A stretch of DNA of 64,000 nucleotides. It comes from a virus (lineage: Duplodnaviria; Caudoviricetes). Positions within the stretch are counted from its first letter, which is position 1. The number at the start of each line of letters is the position of its first letter. Shown here piece after piece: positions 19,052-28,575 of the stretch. The translations under genes and the position numbers were made by a program. The stretch lies in the IMG/VR virus record IMGVR_UViG_3300033463_000076, positions 16,113 to 80,112 of that record. One strand, 5' to 3'. The notes under the pieces are model-generated. The model saw nothing but the letters and a program-made list of their open reading frames with translations. It was not told the DNA's origin and made no database searches.

Positions 19052-20489
19052 CTGCGTACCTTTCTTCTACCGTTAGAAAATCATTCAATATCTCGTTTTC
19101 ATCCTTCTCATTCAGGTCACCATAGTACGACAGGGCATTCAGCTCGTCGGACATCTTCTTCTTCGACTCGATCTTCATCAGACCACGTAGGCCTTTCACC
19201 TCATGATATCGTGAGTACTCCACCGTACAGATTCTGTTCGCCTGAACGAGATAGAACGTGTACTGGTTGGCCGTCGAGTTCACCAGGCACTTGTTGATAA
19301 TCTTCTTGCTCTTGGCGATATGCACCAGCAGACGGGCCATACGCATCTGAGTGTTCGGTGCGGGTACGGCATACGACAGGATAAAGAAATCCTTCGTGTC
19401 CTGATACGACCGTACCAGCGGATTGAAGTCAAGGCCGATGAATCCCATCAGGTAGCCGTCCACGACCACGCAGAGGTTGAACGACACGCCCTTTCCGTTG
19501 ATACGGTGCAGCCATATACGGCGGTAGTACTCGGCCACCTGTGTCTTCTCTATGAACACAGAGACCTTCGAATCCCTCGTGACACGGTAGTCAGTGGGCA
19601 TGATAGGGTACTTCGACTTCAGGCGTACGGCCTCGTTCAGCGTGGCACCCTTCAGGCCGTTGATACGCTCCACCTCCTCGGGGCGGTTGCTGTTATAATA
19701 GACGTTCTGTGTCAGCGACAGGTATCTGGAGAACACTGGGTGCTCAGTAGCCGCCTTGCCCTTGTTGGCCTGTTGCAGCAGGAATATCAGCGGCTTGGCA
19801 TCGACGGCCTTCTCCATCAGCTGCTTGCAATGGATGGAGCCGTCCCATATCTCATACTGGAAATCATCACCCGACCAGGTGATACGGCCTCCAGTGTCGA
19901 AGAACTTCTCATACGCTCCCTTGTACGTCGGCGGGTTGCTTATCATGAACGTGTCCTCGCTGTCCTTCTCCTTCTCGAAGGCATCCCAGATATACAGGTG
20001 CTCGAAATGGAGTCCGTGCAGCTGTTCGTCCATTCGTCTGACCCTCGAGGCGATATACTCGATATGGTGGTCACGCCTCGACCTCATATCCTGCAGCAGC
20101 AGCTTGAAGTAGTATATCTCCTTGGCCTTGTCAAGACGTGCCAGCGCCTGCTCATAAAGCAGGATGGCGGCGTTCTCCACGTAGTCCTTTCCCGTAAGGG
20201 GTATAGGCTCACCGTCGAGGCGCACGTCCAGCTCTGCCACGTCCTTCCCTGAGAACGTATAGCCGAGGATGTTCGAATACAGCGATATGTCGTAGCAGTA
20301 CATATCCTCCGGCTTCATACCCTGCGAAGCGACAACGAGAGGCATGGCGAAACCGCCAGCGTACAGCTCGACATACTTTTTATAACCTTCTTTTCTTAAC
20401 TTGGGAACTATTTCTGCCATATAACGACGATCAAGTGCGTCGTAGGTGTTCAGAAACATGATGTTCGGAGAATTAAAACCACCTGCCAT
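19035..20489 (-). CDS. Putative DNA adenine methyltransferase-like protein with an uncharacterised, possibly GNAT-like, C-terminal domain
   Basis: Motif-I-like VELYAGG and motif-IV-like SNPPTY; about 180-aa extra C-terminal domain. Confidence 0.55.
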   Translation of the reverse strand: MAGGFNSPNIMFLNTYDALDRRYMAEIVPKLRKEGYKKYVELYAGGFAMPLVVASQGMKPEDMYCYDISLYSNILGYTFSGKDVAELDVRLDGEPIPLTGKDYVENAAILLYEQALARLDKAKEIYYFKLLLQDMRSRRDHHIEYIASRVRRMDEQLHGLHFEHLYIWDAFEKEKDSEDTFMISNPPTYKGAYEKFFDTGGRITWSGDDFQYEIWDGSIHCKQLMEKAVDAKPLIFLLQQANKGKAATEHPVFSRYLSLTQNVYYNSNRPEEVERINGLKGATLNEAVRLKSKYPIMPTDYRVTRDSKVSVFIEKTQVAEYYRRIWLHRINGKGVSFNLCVVVDGYLMGFIGLDFNPLVRSYQDTKDFFILSYAVPAPNTQMRMARLLVHIAKSKKIINKCLVNSTANQYTFYLVQANRICTVEYSRYHEVKGLRGLMKIESKKKMSDELNALSYYGDLNEKDENEILNDFLTVEERYADGKKH

Positions 20490-20505
20490 AACTCGGGATT
20501 TTAAG

Positions 20506-20577
20506 ACCGCCGTGAAGGATTCAAACCCCCAACTCCAGCTACGAGTGCTGGGCTTTATTCAGTTAAGCTAACGGCGG
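20506..20577 (-). tRNA. tRNA-Arg(TCG)-like, non-canonical loops
   Basis: Acceptor CCGCCGT/ACGGCGG; D-arm GCTT..AAGC; anticodon stem CCAGC/GCTGG with loop ACTCGTA; T-loop TTTGAAT. Confidence 0.65.
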
Positions 20578-20612
20578 AAATTAAACTACAGCATTTCTTC
20601 TTAAAAGCGATG

Positions 20613-20644
20613 CAAATATACAAACATTATTTGAAAAACAAATA
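20613..20644 (-). promoter_or_regulatory. Promoter (-7 TATATTTG) with TATTTG-N5-CAAATA operator
   Basis: -7 box 20613-20620, operator 20628-20644; drives the tRNA-MTase-ParB-terS-terL unit. Confidence 0.65.
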
Positions 20645-20688
20645 GAATTAACTAAAACTTTAACGAATTTTAGCGACTGAGAGCATTT

Positions 20689-21381
20689 CTATATCGATTC
20701 CATCGTCTTATTCAGGACACATACCAGACGGTCGAGCATATCGTCCTGACTGACGTTCTTGAACTGCGGGTACATGGCCTTCGCCTTGTCATCCATGACG
20801 ACCACATCGTCGATGGCACGTATGCTGACGAACGGCACGGCGTTCTTATGGCAGACCTGAGCGATAGCGGCGCTTTCCATATCACAGGCCTTGGCCTTAC
20901 TGAAGTGGTTGCGTATGCCGTTGGCCGTCTTCCTGTTGCCGATGATGCTGTCACCGCTGACCACGAGACCCTGATGGAACGACAGGCCCACATCGACCAT
21001 ACGGCTTACGATCCTGTCATCGGAACGGTAGAACGACGGTTCACCAGGATATCGTCCGAACTCGTTGTTTATACCATAGCAGACATCATAGTAGCAGAAG
21101 TGCGAGCCTACGACGATACTGCCCGGCAGCAGGGCACTGACGAGCGACTTCGCCATTCCTATCGTGATGACAGCATCGGGCTTCACCTCACTGATAAGCG
21201 AACCTGCAGTAACGGCGAGGTTCACCTTCCCCACAGCAGACAGGCAGACGAGTACCTGACTGTTTCCCCAAAAACCAAGCAGCCCGCCGTTGGAACGGAC
21301 GGGCGCAGTACCATCGAACAGGATATCGGAAATCCTGCCTTGCAGACTGCTCAACGACGTAATAATACCTATCTTCTTCAT
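20689..21381 (-). CDS. MTA/SAH nucleosidase-like (PNP/UDP superfamily) protein
   Basis: VGKVN, SGD, DMESAAIAQVC and PFVSIRAIDD motifs of the MtnN/Pfs family. Confidence 0.85.
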   Translation of the reverse strand: MKKIGIITSLSSLQGRISDILFDGTAPVRSNGGLLGFWGNSQVLVCLSAVGKVNLAVTAGSLISEVKPDAVITIGMAKSLVSALLPGSIVVGSHFCYYDVCYGINNEFGRYPGEPSFYRSDDRIVSRMVDVGLSFHQGLVVSGDSIIGNRKTANGIRNHFSKAKACDMESAAIAQVCHKNAVPFVSIRAIDDVVVMDDKAKAMYPQFKNVSQDDMLDRLVCVLNKTMESI

Positions 21382-21470
21382 AACTCAGTACTGAAACTTA
21401 CTCGTGAAAAAACAGCAGGCCGGCGATCAACCGATATCATCCCCAATCACAATGACTTCCTGCTGTGTCG

Positions 21471-21543
21471 TGGCGGGAAACGGACTCGAACCGCTGACCT
21501 TGAGTGTATGACGCTCACGAGCTACCAACTGCTCCATCCCGCT
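21471..21543 (-). tRNA. tRNA-Met(CAT), initiator-like
   Basis: A1:C72 mismatch, D-arm GAGC-AGTTGGTA-GCTC, central CAT, T-arm AGCGG-TTCGAGT-CCGTT. The anticodon stem lacks the three G:C pairs of true initiators. Confidence 0.8.
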
Positions 21544-21618
21544 CTCCAGCCGTCTTCCCAGACAACTGGACTCATTACCAATAACTAAAAACCTATTACT
21601 TACTATGAATTACAACAA

Positions 21619-22023
21619 CTAACCGAATAAATCAGCCTGCGTGTACTTCGGATTCTTGCTGACACCGAACTCAGGAACCTCGATTCCCAGATTCTGCTCC
21701 AGCCACTCCGCAACCAGGAAACGGTGACATTTGTCATCAGGCTTCTCATAACAACAGAGGGCCACATCCTTGCCGTGCCCTAACTGCTTCAGTTTCTCGT
21801 AGAACTCCTGCGGATTGACCTTGCCCAGAACCTCACGACGGAAACGGGGATTGTAGACCTCGTCCGGCGCATTGCTCATAGCGAAAATCTGAGGAGTCGG
21901 AGCGACCTCCCTCAGATTGGGACCGTAGAACCACTTGGGAGGGTACAGCGTGATACCGATAACCATCACTCCCGCCTTCGAGAGCTTCGCGCTGTTGCCG
22001 AAATATGACGTATATACTTTCAT
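21619..22023 (-). CDS. DUF488-family protein
   Basis: YTSYF N-terminus and LCCYEKPDDKCHR motif. Confidence 0.75.
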   Translation of the reverse strand: MKVYTSYFGNSAKLSKAGVMVIGITLYPPKWFYGPNLREVAPTPQIFAMSNAPDEVYNPRFRREVLGKVNPQEFYEKLKQLGHGKDVALCCYEKPDDKCHRFLVAEWLEQNLGIEVPEFGVSKNPKYTQADLFG

Positions 22024-22039
22024 ATTGTTTGTATTATTG

Positions 22040-22073
22040 TGTAAAGGTAGTAAATTTATTTGAAATACAAATA
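22040..22073 (-). promoter_or_regulatory. TACCTTTACA promoter with TATTTG-N5-CAAATA operator
   Basis: Promoter core 22040-22049, operator 22057-22073. Confidence 0.65.
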
Positions 22074-22104
22074 GAATTAACTCTTAAAATGCTTATCTTT
22101 ATGA

Positions 22105-22641
22105 TTATTTAACTGATTGACGCACAACTCTTAACCTACATCCGTCACCTCCACCGTGCAAGTAGTCGCCGATGGCCTCGTCAGCGGATCGGTAGTGCAG
22201 CCACTTCCTCAGCTTGTTGATGTAGACTGGAGGGACGTAATACCTGAACACTCCGCTTTCAAGTTCCTCGATCTCCTTCAGGATGCGCCGGCGCTTCTTC
22301 TCACGGGCTTCCGACGTGAATCCGAACAGGTCATCATCGACCTGCTTGTCTAACTTCGACAACTGACTGCGCTTGCCTTTCAGCAGCGTCTTCGTCTTCA
22401 CCTCGATATAGTCCTGACCGAGCGGCAAATCCTGACGGCCACAATAGAACTCAACCCTCCGTTTCGGATTGGCGACCTTCACCAGTGCCGCAAGATACTC
22501 AAAGTACCACTTCCACCTGACAGACAATTCCAAAGGAAGGTTGCCACGGTAATAGACAACCTCCTCGGTGATTCCAGGATATTGTAGCATCGATATCGTA
22601 ATCTTCGCACAACACTTAACTCTCGAGTCCACCTTCTCCAT
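22105..22641 (-). CDS. Hypothetical protein
   Basis: 178 aa ORF, operon packing. Confidence 0.65.
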   Translation of the reverse strand: MEKVDSRVKCCAKITISMLQYPGITEEVVYYRGNLPLELSVRWKWYFEYLAALVKVANPKRRVEFYCGRQDLPLGQDYIEVKTKTLLKGKRSQLSKLDKQVDDDLFGFTSEAREKKRRRILKEIEELESGVFRYYVPPVYINKLRKWLHYRSADEAIGDYLHGGGDGCRLRVVRQSVK

Positions 22642-22642
22642 A

Positions 22643-22870
22643 TCACAATGTCTTTACCTCTTCCTCGACAGCTTTGATTCTTTCCTTAACACTACATAGA
22701 ATTGCCTCCTTTGTGTCTCGGTCACGAATAACTCCGAAAGTGTCCTCAGAATTACCTACGACTTTTACATAACCGCCACCTGACAACAGATCACGGCATA
22801 ATTTCAACTCCTCGAGTTCTTTTCCCAACTCATTTGCTCTTTTCAGATTCTTAATATCCATAATCAACAA
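22643..22870 (-). CDS. Hypothetical protein
   Basis: About 72-75 aa, helical. Confidence 0.55.
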   Translation of the reverse strand: MLIMDIKNLKRANELGKELEELKLCRDLLSGGGYVKVVGNSEDTFGVIRDRDTKEAILCSVKERIKAVEEEVKTL

Positions 22871-23028
22871 ATTTATAATCTACTAAATTACTGATAGGGA
22901 CAGTCTGGATGTCTTTTCCCATCCGGACAACCAAACTGTCACCTTCGATACCTAAGAAAACAGGTGTGTTAGCGATAGACCTCTTAACGAAAGCCCTTAT
23001 ACGCCTCCATTTCGCAAGACTGACATTC

Positions 23029-23457
23029 TTAGCAGTCCTTTGTGGTTTCCTCCTGTTCTTCCTGCTCATTGTCTTCACGGAATACAATTTCCTTCTTAGT
23101 GTCGAACTTCCACTTTGCAAGTTCGTCAGTGAGCATCTTTGCAATCCTTATGGAACGGTCAACGAGACTCTCGTCCCGCCAATTACCACCGTTACTCAAC
23201 TGACCCTGCATGGCCATACCTGCGAACATACAGAAATGCGTCTCAGCAGCTTTCTGATGCTCACTCTTACCATACTTCTCGTCCCAGTCCAAATCGTCGA
23301 AGTCCCAGTAGAAATTCAAACCCTTCGTCATGGGATGCTCCTCGAGCTTGCTGTCGATGTAGCTTACCCAGTCCGTCTTTCTTCTCTTGTCACCCTCGCC
23401 TTGCCATTGCGTGACAAGAACGATCTCTCCAGTCTTAATGTTCTTCTTCTTAAACAT
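23029..23457 (-). CDS. Hypothetical protein
   Basis: 142 aa; FAGMAMQGQLS...SIRIAKML is a common phage motif. Confidence 0.6.
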   Translation of the reverse strand: MFKKKNIKTGEIVLVTQWQGEGDKRRKTDWVSYIDSKLEEHPMTKGLNFYWDFDDLDWDEKYGKSEHQKAAETHFCMFAGMAMQGQLSNGGNWRDESLVDRSIRIAKMLTDELAKWKFDTKKEIVFREDNEQEEQEETTKDC

Positions 23458-23460
23458 AAC

Positions 23461-23673
23461 TTAAACACTTTGATTACTAAACTCTATTCTATAGCCCTTG
23501 CCTATCAGCGACGGGCGTTTTTCTTCAACAAACCGCTTGATATCATCACCGTCGTATGTAGGTAGAATTACCCCACCCACTACAGACGGGAACGGACGAC
23601 CCAGATACTTCAACTGGCATACGAAACGCTCTCCAATCATCACGTCTATCAACAGAAAATTAGGTATCTTCAT
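23461..23673 (-). CDS. Hypothetical protein
   Basis: 70 aa, resembles Bacteroidales phage small proteins. Confidence 0.55.
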   Translation of the reverse strand: MKIPNFLLIDVMIGERFVCQLKYLGRPFPSVVGGVILPTYDGDDIKRFVEEKRPSLIGKGYRIEFSNQSV

Positions 23674-23674
23674 A

Positions 23675-24034
23675 TCATTCGAAATTTATACATAACTGCA
23701 CAGGCTTATTGCCGTGCTTTTCCTTCGTTCTCGCATATATGGGACACTTGTCTCTGTAGGCGCACCGTCCTGCTTTTGCATCAGCGAAACGGATATCCCA
23801 CAGCTCTGCGTATTCAGGCGTTCCCATCTTAGCCTCCTCGTTCAGATATCCGACCAGCTTCATGCAGAAGAACCCACGTTCCTGAGTCTTCTCGCCGAAT
23901 ATCTCAACCAGTCCGTTTCCTGCAGGTGTTCCCATATCATTTCTTACGTTTGAACTTAACATCGAATCCGTCAGCCCTGTCTTCACCCATACAATAGCAG
24001 TCAGGGCATTTGATACCACTCGGCTCGAAGACAC
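23675..24034 (-). CDS. Hypothetical protein (true start probably near 23935)
   Basis: C-terminal CAYRDKCPIY motif. Confidence 0.5.
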   Translation of the reverse strand: MSSSRVVSNALTAIVWVKTGLTDSMLSSNVRNDMGTPAGNGLVEIFGEKTQERGFFCMKLVGYLNEEAKMGTPEYAELWDIRFADAKAGRCAYRDKCPIYARTKEKHGNKPVQLCINFE

Positions 24035-24314
24035 AGCCAGTACATCCTTCCTCTGCCTTGGTGCAGACGTACTTCTGACCGTTCAGGACAATCACCGTGC
24101 CTATCGGGATATCACAGTTCTTACTATCGACGATATCGGAAAGCAGGTTCCTGATCTCCTCGTTCGTCGAGCCTTTCTTACCCAGGTGTACGACCTCTGA
24201 GCTGGCCTCACCCAGCATGACCTTCATATAAACGTCACCATCGTCACCGATTGCAATCCGTAATTTGACGTTAGGGTTGTCATCACTGATAAGCGTAGCG
24301 CGTTTGTAACTCAT
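23937..24314 (-). CDS. Hypothetical Cys-containing protein
   Basis: 125 aa with CxxC motifs. Confidence 0.55.
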   Translation of the reverse strand: MSYKRATLISDDNPNVKLRIAIGDDGDVYMKVMLGEASSEVVHLGKKGSTNEEIRNLLSDIVDSKNCDIPIGTVIVLNGQKYVCTKAEEGCTGCVFEPSGIKCPDCYCMGEDRADGFDVKFKRKK

Positions 24315-24703
24315 AACCTGCCTCCTTTCATCATTTCGGGGTTGTCATGTATATTCCCGACAATGGCGTAGTGCGAACAGAACGCCTTATCCAATGGCAG
24401 CATCCAGCTCTTTTCCACGTCTGTCCTGAGAACGAAACGACCCATGTCAACCTCATAGACAACCTTGATACGGAACTCTCTGAGGTCGAAGATATCGCCC
24501 TCGTATATCGGCTTGCCCTTCTTGTCATACAAGCCCGTGAACTGGCCTATCGTCTCAGGTACGACACCATTGATATCCAGCAGCCCGTCAGTGATTACGT
24601 GCCGGCCTCTCTGACCGTCGTACAGGTAGTAGCCAGTACACCACTTGCCCACGAAGTTCCGACCTCTGAACTCGAACGGCTTCCTCTTTACATCAGTACT
24701 CAT
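24311..24703 (-). CDS. YopX family protein
   Basis: FEFRG...VVPETIGQFTGLYDKKGKPIYEGDI...VGNIHDNPE. Confidence 0.9.
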   Translation of the reverse strand: MSTDVKRKPFEFRGRNFVGKWCTGYYLYDGQRGRHVITDGLLDINGVVPETIGQFTGLYDKKGKPIYEGDIFDLREFRIKVVYEVDMGRFVLRTDVEKSWMLPLDKAFCSHYAIVGNIHDNPEMMKGGRL

Positions 24704-25016
24704 ACCTCTCCAGCTTATTATTCAACTCCTCGACCCTCGGATCATGACCATAGTCGAAATCCTCTTGCTCTTTCAGTTCATCGTCCATATCACGTAAACC
24801 AAATATCGTTCAACATAAACTGCTCCTCGATGTTCTCGGACTCGATGACAGCCACTACCTCACCACTCTCAGCCTCCTGAGCCTCTGGCTTCACCGGCTG
24901 TACTCTTGCAAACTCTCTATCTTTCATACTCATTGGGTTGTTTTACTCTACTCAACTGCTCGTAATACGCTTTGTTGGGAAACGCTCCAAGGCCATGCCA
25001 GCCCTGGTTCTGACGC

Positions 25017-25814
25017 TCAAGACGTCTTTCCTTTCTTTTCTGATACACTCTGTTCATAGTTCTCTATCTTTATCGGGTTTACTTTCATCGTCTCGAGATT
25101 GACGAACGCTCCCTGCGTGTCGATCACTCCCTTGAACATCTTCCATAACAGGGCACATCCGACCTGTGCCAGCGTCGAGTTGATGAACAAATCCTGCTTG
25201 CGTAACGCTGCAGCCAGTGAACAGCTCGGTCCGCTGTCATCATCCTTGACGGCTTTCAGGTCGTAATACTCTGCCACCGTGCGAAGACTGGCAATACCAT
25301 TCTCCTTCGGCTGCTTGTACTCCTTGCCGACCGTACCGAGAATAACCTGGCCACGGTCAGTCATATTGCCGAAGTCCAACCAGTACATCGGCTTATCGTA
25401 GTCGTAATTCCTATCCTTTGACCTCAGACGGCTTGCTATGACCATACGGGCCTTGACGGTATCAACACAGGATATCGTTATATTGGCACGCTTCGACTTG
25501 CTCCCGTACATCTTCGGAACACAAGACCATCTGGTACCGAAAAACATATTGACCTTCGTGGTCAGCACCTCAGCCTTGTTATGGCCTATCTCCTGCATGG
25601 AGAACAACTGTCGGCCACAATTAGCCTCAGTGACGATATCACCGTCATAGACCGTCACCTGCAGACCAGGATGTCCCAGCTGCTGCAAAGCATAACTGAT
25701 ACGGCCGAGTGATGTCAGGACTTGCGAACCTGTACCGCCACAGCCTATCAACGAGACCGTCACAGGGTGGTACGGATTCAGCAGATACTCATTTACATAA
25801 TGCACTTGCTTCAT
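25017..25814 (-). CDS. PRTRC system ThiF/E1-like protein
   Basis: IGCGGTGSQV nucleotide-binding loop, NCGRQLF, SCVD, GPSCS...QDLFIN. Confidence 0.9.
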   Translation of the reverse strand: MKQVHYVNEYLLNPYHPVTVSLIGCGGTGSQVLTSLGRISYALQQLGHPGLQVTVYDGDIVTEANCGRQLFSMQEIGHNKAEVLTTKVNMFFGTRWSCVPKMYGSKSKRANITISCVDTVKARMVIASRLRSKDRNYDYDKPMYWLDFGNMTDRGQVILGTVGKEYKQPKENGIASLRTVAEYYDLKAVKDDDSGPSCSLAAALRKQDLFINSTLAQVGCALLWKMFKGVIDTQGAFVNLETMKVNPIKIENYEQSVSEKKGKTS

Positions 25815-26524
25815 ACGAACAGCGAATTAAACGTTTTACTAATCTTGACCATTTGTTCCGTCGGGAACTGCTTGCCTGTAGCAATACACTCCTTCGTGAT
25901 CACTGCGAGGTTACTCCTGACAGGATTGTTACCGATAAGGGATGCAAACTCAGACTTCCAAAACATATCCTCCCAGTAGGCTATCCAGTTCTCGAACGTG
26001 TTATCTTTCGGCTTCTGTACCTTTGCCGAACCAAGGCAGATACCACCGTCGCTATATACGTTGAAGAACGGGGCGGCATACAGGATGTTCTTCGGCTTCT
26101 TGCCCTTGAAAGCAAAGACACTTAGCCTTCGGCCATCGGCTACGTATATCAGCCCAGGCACCCACATCATGCCGTTCTCTATTCCCAGACCCTTTGCGAA
26201 ATACATCATCCTTTTCTCAGGGCCACGCCACCAAATCATCTTGTGGTGCTCCATACTGCTATTCGTGTATAGGAGGTTTGACGGTACTCTGCCGTGCATC
26301 GTAACAAGAGACGTGTTCTTGCCGACGTACTTGCTGACCGTCTTCATTATCTTTGCAAGCGTGTTAATCTCTAACGGACTGCCAGCACCAAACTGGCCGT
26401 TGTCGATAGGACGATGCTCGACGAACGTTCCTTCCTTACTGCCTATCTTCTGCGTCGGCTTATAGAAAATGATAGCATCCGTCGGCTGCAGCTTGCTCTT
26501 TAACAAATCACTAAATGTACTCAT
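25811..26524 (-). CDS. PRTRC system protein B (prokaryotic E2-like)
   Basis: APFFNVYSDGGICLGSAK with conserved Cys and WEDMFWKSEF; adjacent to ThiF. Confidence 0.85.
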   Translation of the reverse strand: MSTFSDLLKSKLQPTDAIIFYKPTQKIGSKEGTFVEHRPIDNGQFGAGSPLEINTLAKIMKTVSKYVGKNTSLVTMHGRVPSNLLYTNSSMEHHKMIWWRGPEKRMMYFAKGLGIENGMMWVPGLIYVADGRRLSVFAFKGKKPKNILYAAPFFNVYSDGGICLGSAKVQKPKDNTFENWIAYWEDMFWKSEFASLIGNNPVRSNLAVITKECIATGKQFPTEQMVKISKTFNSLFV

Positions 26525-27719
26525 CCTCTTCTTCTTGAATCTTATCGAATTTCTTTACTGCGTGATAGAAGTCGACTATCCACTTCGAAAATCTGGAACC
26601 AAGGTCTATCGCTTCTGCGAACTCCCTGATATCATCGTCTTTCAATTCCTCACTGAGCCAAAGATGCAGGTTGTAGTCCACAGGATTGACACCGCAGTTA
26701 TAATCGTTCTCCAGCGCTTGGATAAGCGCATCCTCGATACCGTCATTGTCGCTATAGAGAATCGCCTGCTGTGAAAACACCTCGATATATCCGTCACCCT
26801 CTTCGGTGAAACCGTCGACATCAGGATTGAAATCAAACCAGTGGATATTCATCTGCTTGACTACCGGCAACCCGTCAACGATAACCTTGAAAAGATGACA
26901 CACATCGAAATCATCACACTCCTCGATGTACTGCTCCATCCTCTCCTTCAGGTTCTCAGGATGCAGCCGTCGTATCTCCTCGAACAGCTTTTCATACTTA
27001 CCGCCCTCTCGATAGGCAGCGACCGTATCACGACGCTTCTGAAGATGCTCCCTGTCCTCTCCTTCAAGTTCCTCGATGTCCTGGTCTGGGTCATCGTGGT
27101 AATTCATAATCATATCGAGGTAGTAGTTATCGCTGTTGGCACCGATATAGATACACATCGAATCCGACACGAAACTGATGAACTCCTTGTATAGCTCAGC
27201 AGCTTTAGGCGGTAGCGTTTCCGCTGGCGAGGCGATAAAGACGATAACCTTCATTTCCAACTCGGCGCACGGACTGTAGACCACAAAGTCGATATCTGCA
27301 CAGTCTTCGTCATACGGATCATGCTTCAACGTCGCCAACTGGAATCCAAGTTCCTCCACCTTCGGCTCAAACCAGGAAATAAGCCCATCGAGCTTTTCCA
27401 CGATACTGGAACGCTTCTTCGGTGCGAAGTCGAACGGCTTACCGAAGAATCTCATGAAGCGCTCGACCGTACGACAAAGCCGGTCGTAGCTGCTGGCAAT
27501 GTTCAGATTATAACAACTGCTCAGCTGCTCTTCCTTGACCGGCTTATCCTTCAGCTTGACATTCAGAAAAGCAAAGGGGTCATTCCAACAGGGGGCAACA
27601 GCATTTGACTCTCTGACCTCTCGCCTCGGGCGTTCCTGAACGATCCGTGCAGGTCTTGCTCTACGATTTGATACAGGTCTCTGTGAAACTGACCTCTCTG
27701 CTCTTCCGTACATACACAT
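26511..27719 (-). CDS. PRTRC cassette-associated protein (protein F position)
   Basis: 402 aa between proteins C and B, as in Bacteroidetes PRTRC loci. Confidence 0.55.
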   Translation of the reverse strand: MCMYGRAERSVSQRPVSNRRARPARIVQERPRREVRESNAVAPCWNDPFAFLNVKLKDKPVKEEQLSSCYNLNIASSYDRLCRTVERFMRFFGKPFDFAPKKRSSIVEKLDGLISWFEPKVEELGFQLATLKHDPYDEDCADIDFVVYSPCAELEMKVIVFIASPAETLPPKAAELYKEFISFVSDSMCIYIGANSDNYYLDMIMNYHDDPDQDIEELEGEDREHLQKRRDTVAAYREGGKYEKLFEEIRRLHPENLKERMEQYIEECDDFDVCHLFKVIVDGLPVVKQMNIHWFDFNPDVDGFTEEGDGYIEVFSQQAILYSDNDGIEDALIQALENDYNCGVNPVDYNLHLWLSEELKDDDIREFAEAIDLGSRFSKWIVDFYHAVKKFDKIQEEEDEYI

Positions 27720-27726
27720 CGCTTCT

Positions 27727-27936
27727 TCATCCTTTAGTTCCTACCGTAGTCTTGAACTCATAGACGGCTACCTCGCCCTCCATCTTCGGGCCGTGGACGT
27801 TACTCGTCGTCAGCTCTGGATATGTGCCAGCGTAGAACTGCATCACCTCTTCGGGCGTCATTTCAGGGTCTGGGTCATCCAACTGACGGTTGCCGTACTT
27901 GAACTGTCTCTTTACTCCTTGAATCTGTAGTGCCAT
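27727..27936 (-). CDS. PRTRC system protein C (ubiquitin-like)
   Basis: RQFKYGNRQLDDPDPEMTPEEVMQFYAGTYPELT...FKTTVGTKG with C-terminal Gly. Confidence 0.9.
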   Translation of the reverse strand: MALQIQGVKRQFKYGNRQLDDPDPEMTPEEVMQFYAGTYPELTTSNVHGPKMEGEVAVYEFKTTVGTKG

Positions 27937-27939
27937 AAC

Positions 27940-28575
27940 TTACTCCTCCTCTTCTATTGGTTCATTATCAGTGTCATTGTCATCATCGTTCAGCTCCATA
28001 GCATCCTGAAACGCTGCTGCAGTAGCATCGTCTTCAGACGTCTTTACATCCTTGCCGTCAGACTTATCCTCCTCGGCTCCGAACATCAGGCCCTCACCGC
28101 TGACCTGAAGAATCTCCTTCTCTACGGTGGCGATCAGCTTCTTGTCTGCATCGGGTACGGCCTCGGCTTTCTTCAGGATAGCCTTTGCGTCCTTGAACTT
28201 GTGTTCGTCCTTGTTCTTACGGGCGAGGGCAATCAGGTCGTCGAACGTCTTCTTGTTCTTTGCCTTGATGTCCTTCTCTTTCTTCGCCATTTCAGAAGCC
28301 TTACGGGCGGTCTCTACGGACTCCTCGAACTCCTTGATGTTAGTCACGAGGCCCTGAGCCTTTCCGACGGACTGGAGGGCTTTGATGAAGCCTTCCTCGA
28401 ACTCCTCCGGCGTACCGTTGGCCACGATCGGGACGATGTTATCAACTGCCTTGTCTTTCACTCCTTTCGTGTCAGACAAGAGACTCATGGCGAGGTTCTC
28501 GCCGTTCTTGCGGATTGTCAACGTTATCTGCTGACCATCCTGCAGCACTGCTGCAATTTCCTTGAAAAATTCCAT
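27940..28575 (-). CDS. PRTRC system protein E
   Basis: Likely start MEFFKEI at 28575; PIVANGTPEEFEEGF motif. Confidence 0.8.
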   Translation of the reverse strand: MEFFKEIAAVLQDGQQITLTIRKNGENLAMSLLSDTKGVKDKAVDNIVPIVANGTPEEFEEGFIKALQSVGKAQGLVTNIKEFEESVETARKASEMAKKEKDIKAKNKKTFDDLIALARKNKDEHKFKDAKAILKKAEAVPDADKKLIATVEKEILQVSGEGLMFGAEEDKSDGKDVKTSEDDATAAAFQDAMELNDDDNDTDNEPIEEEE

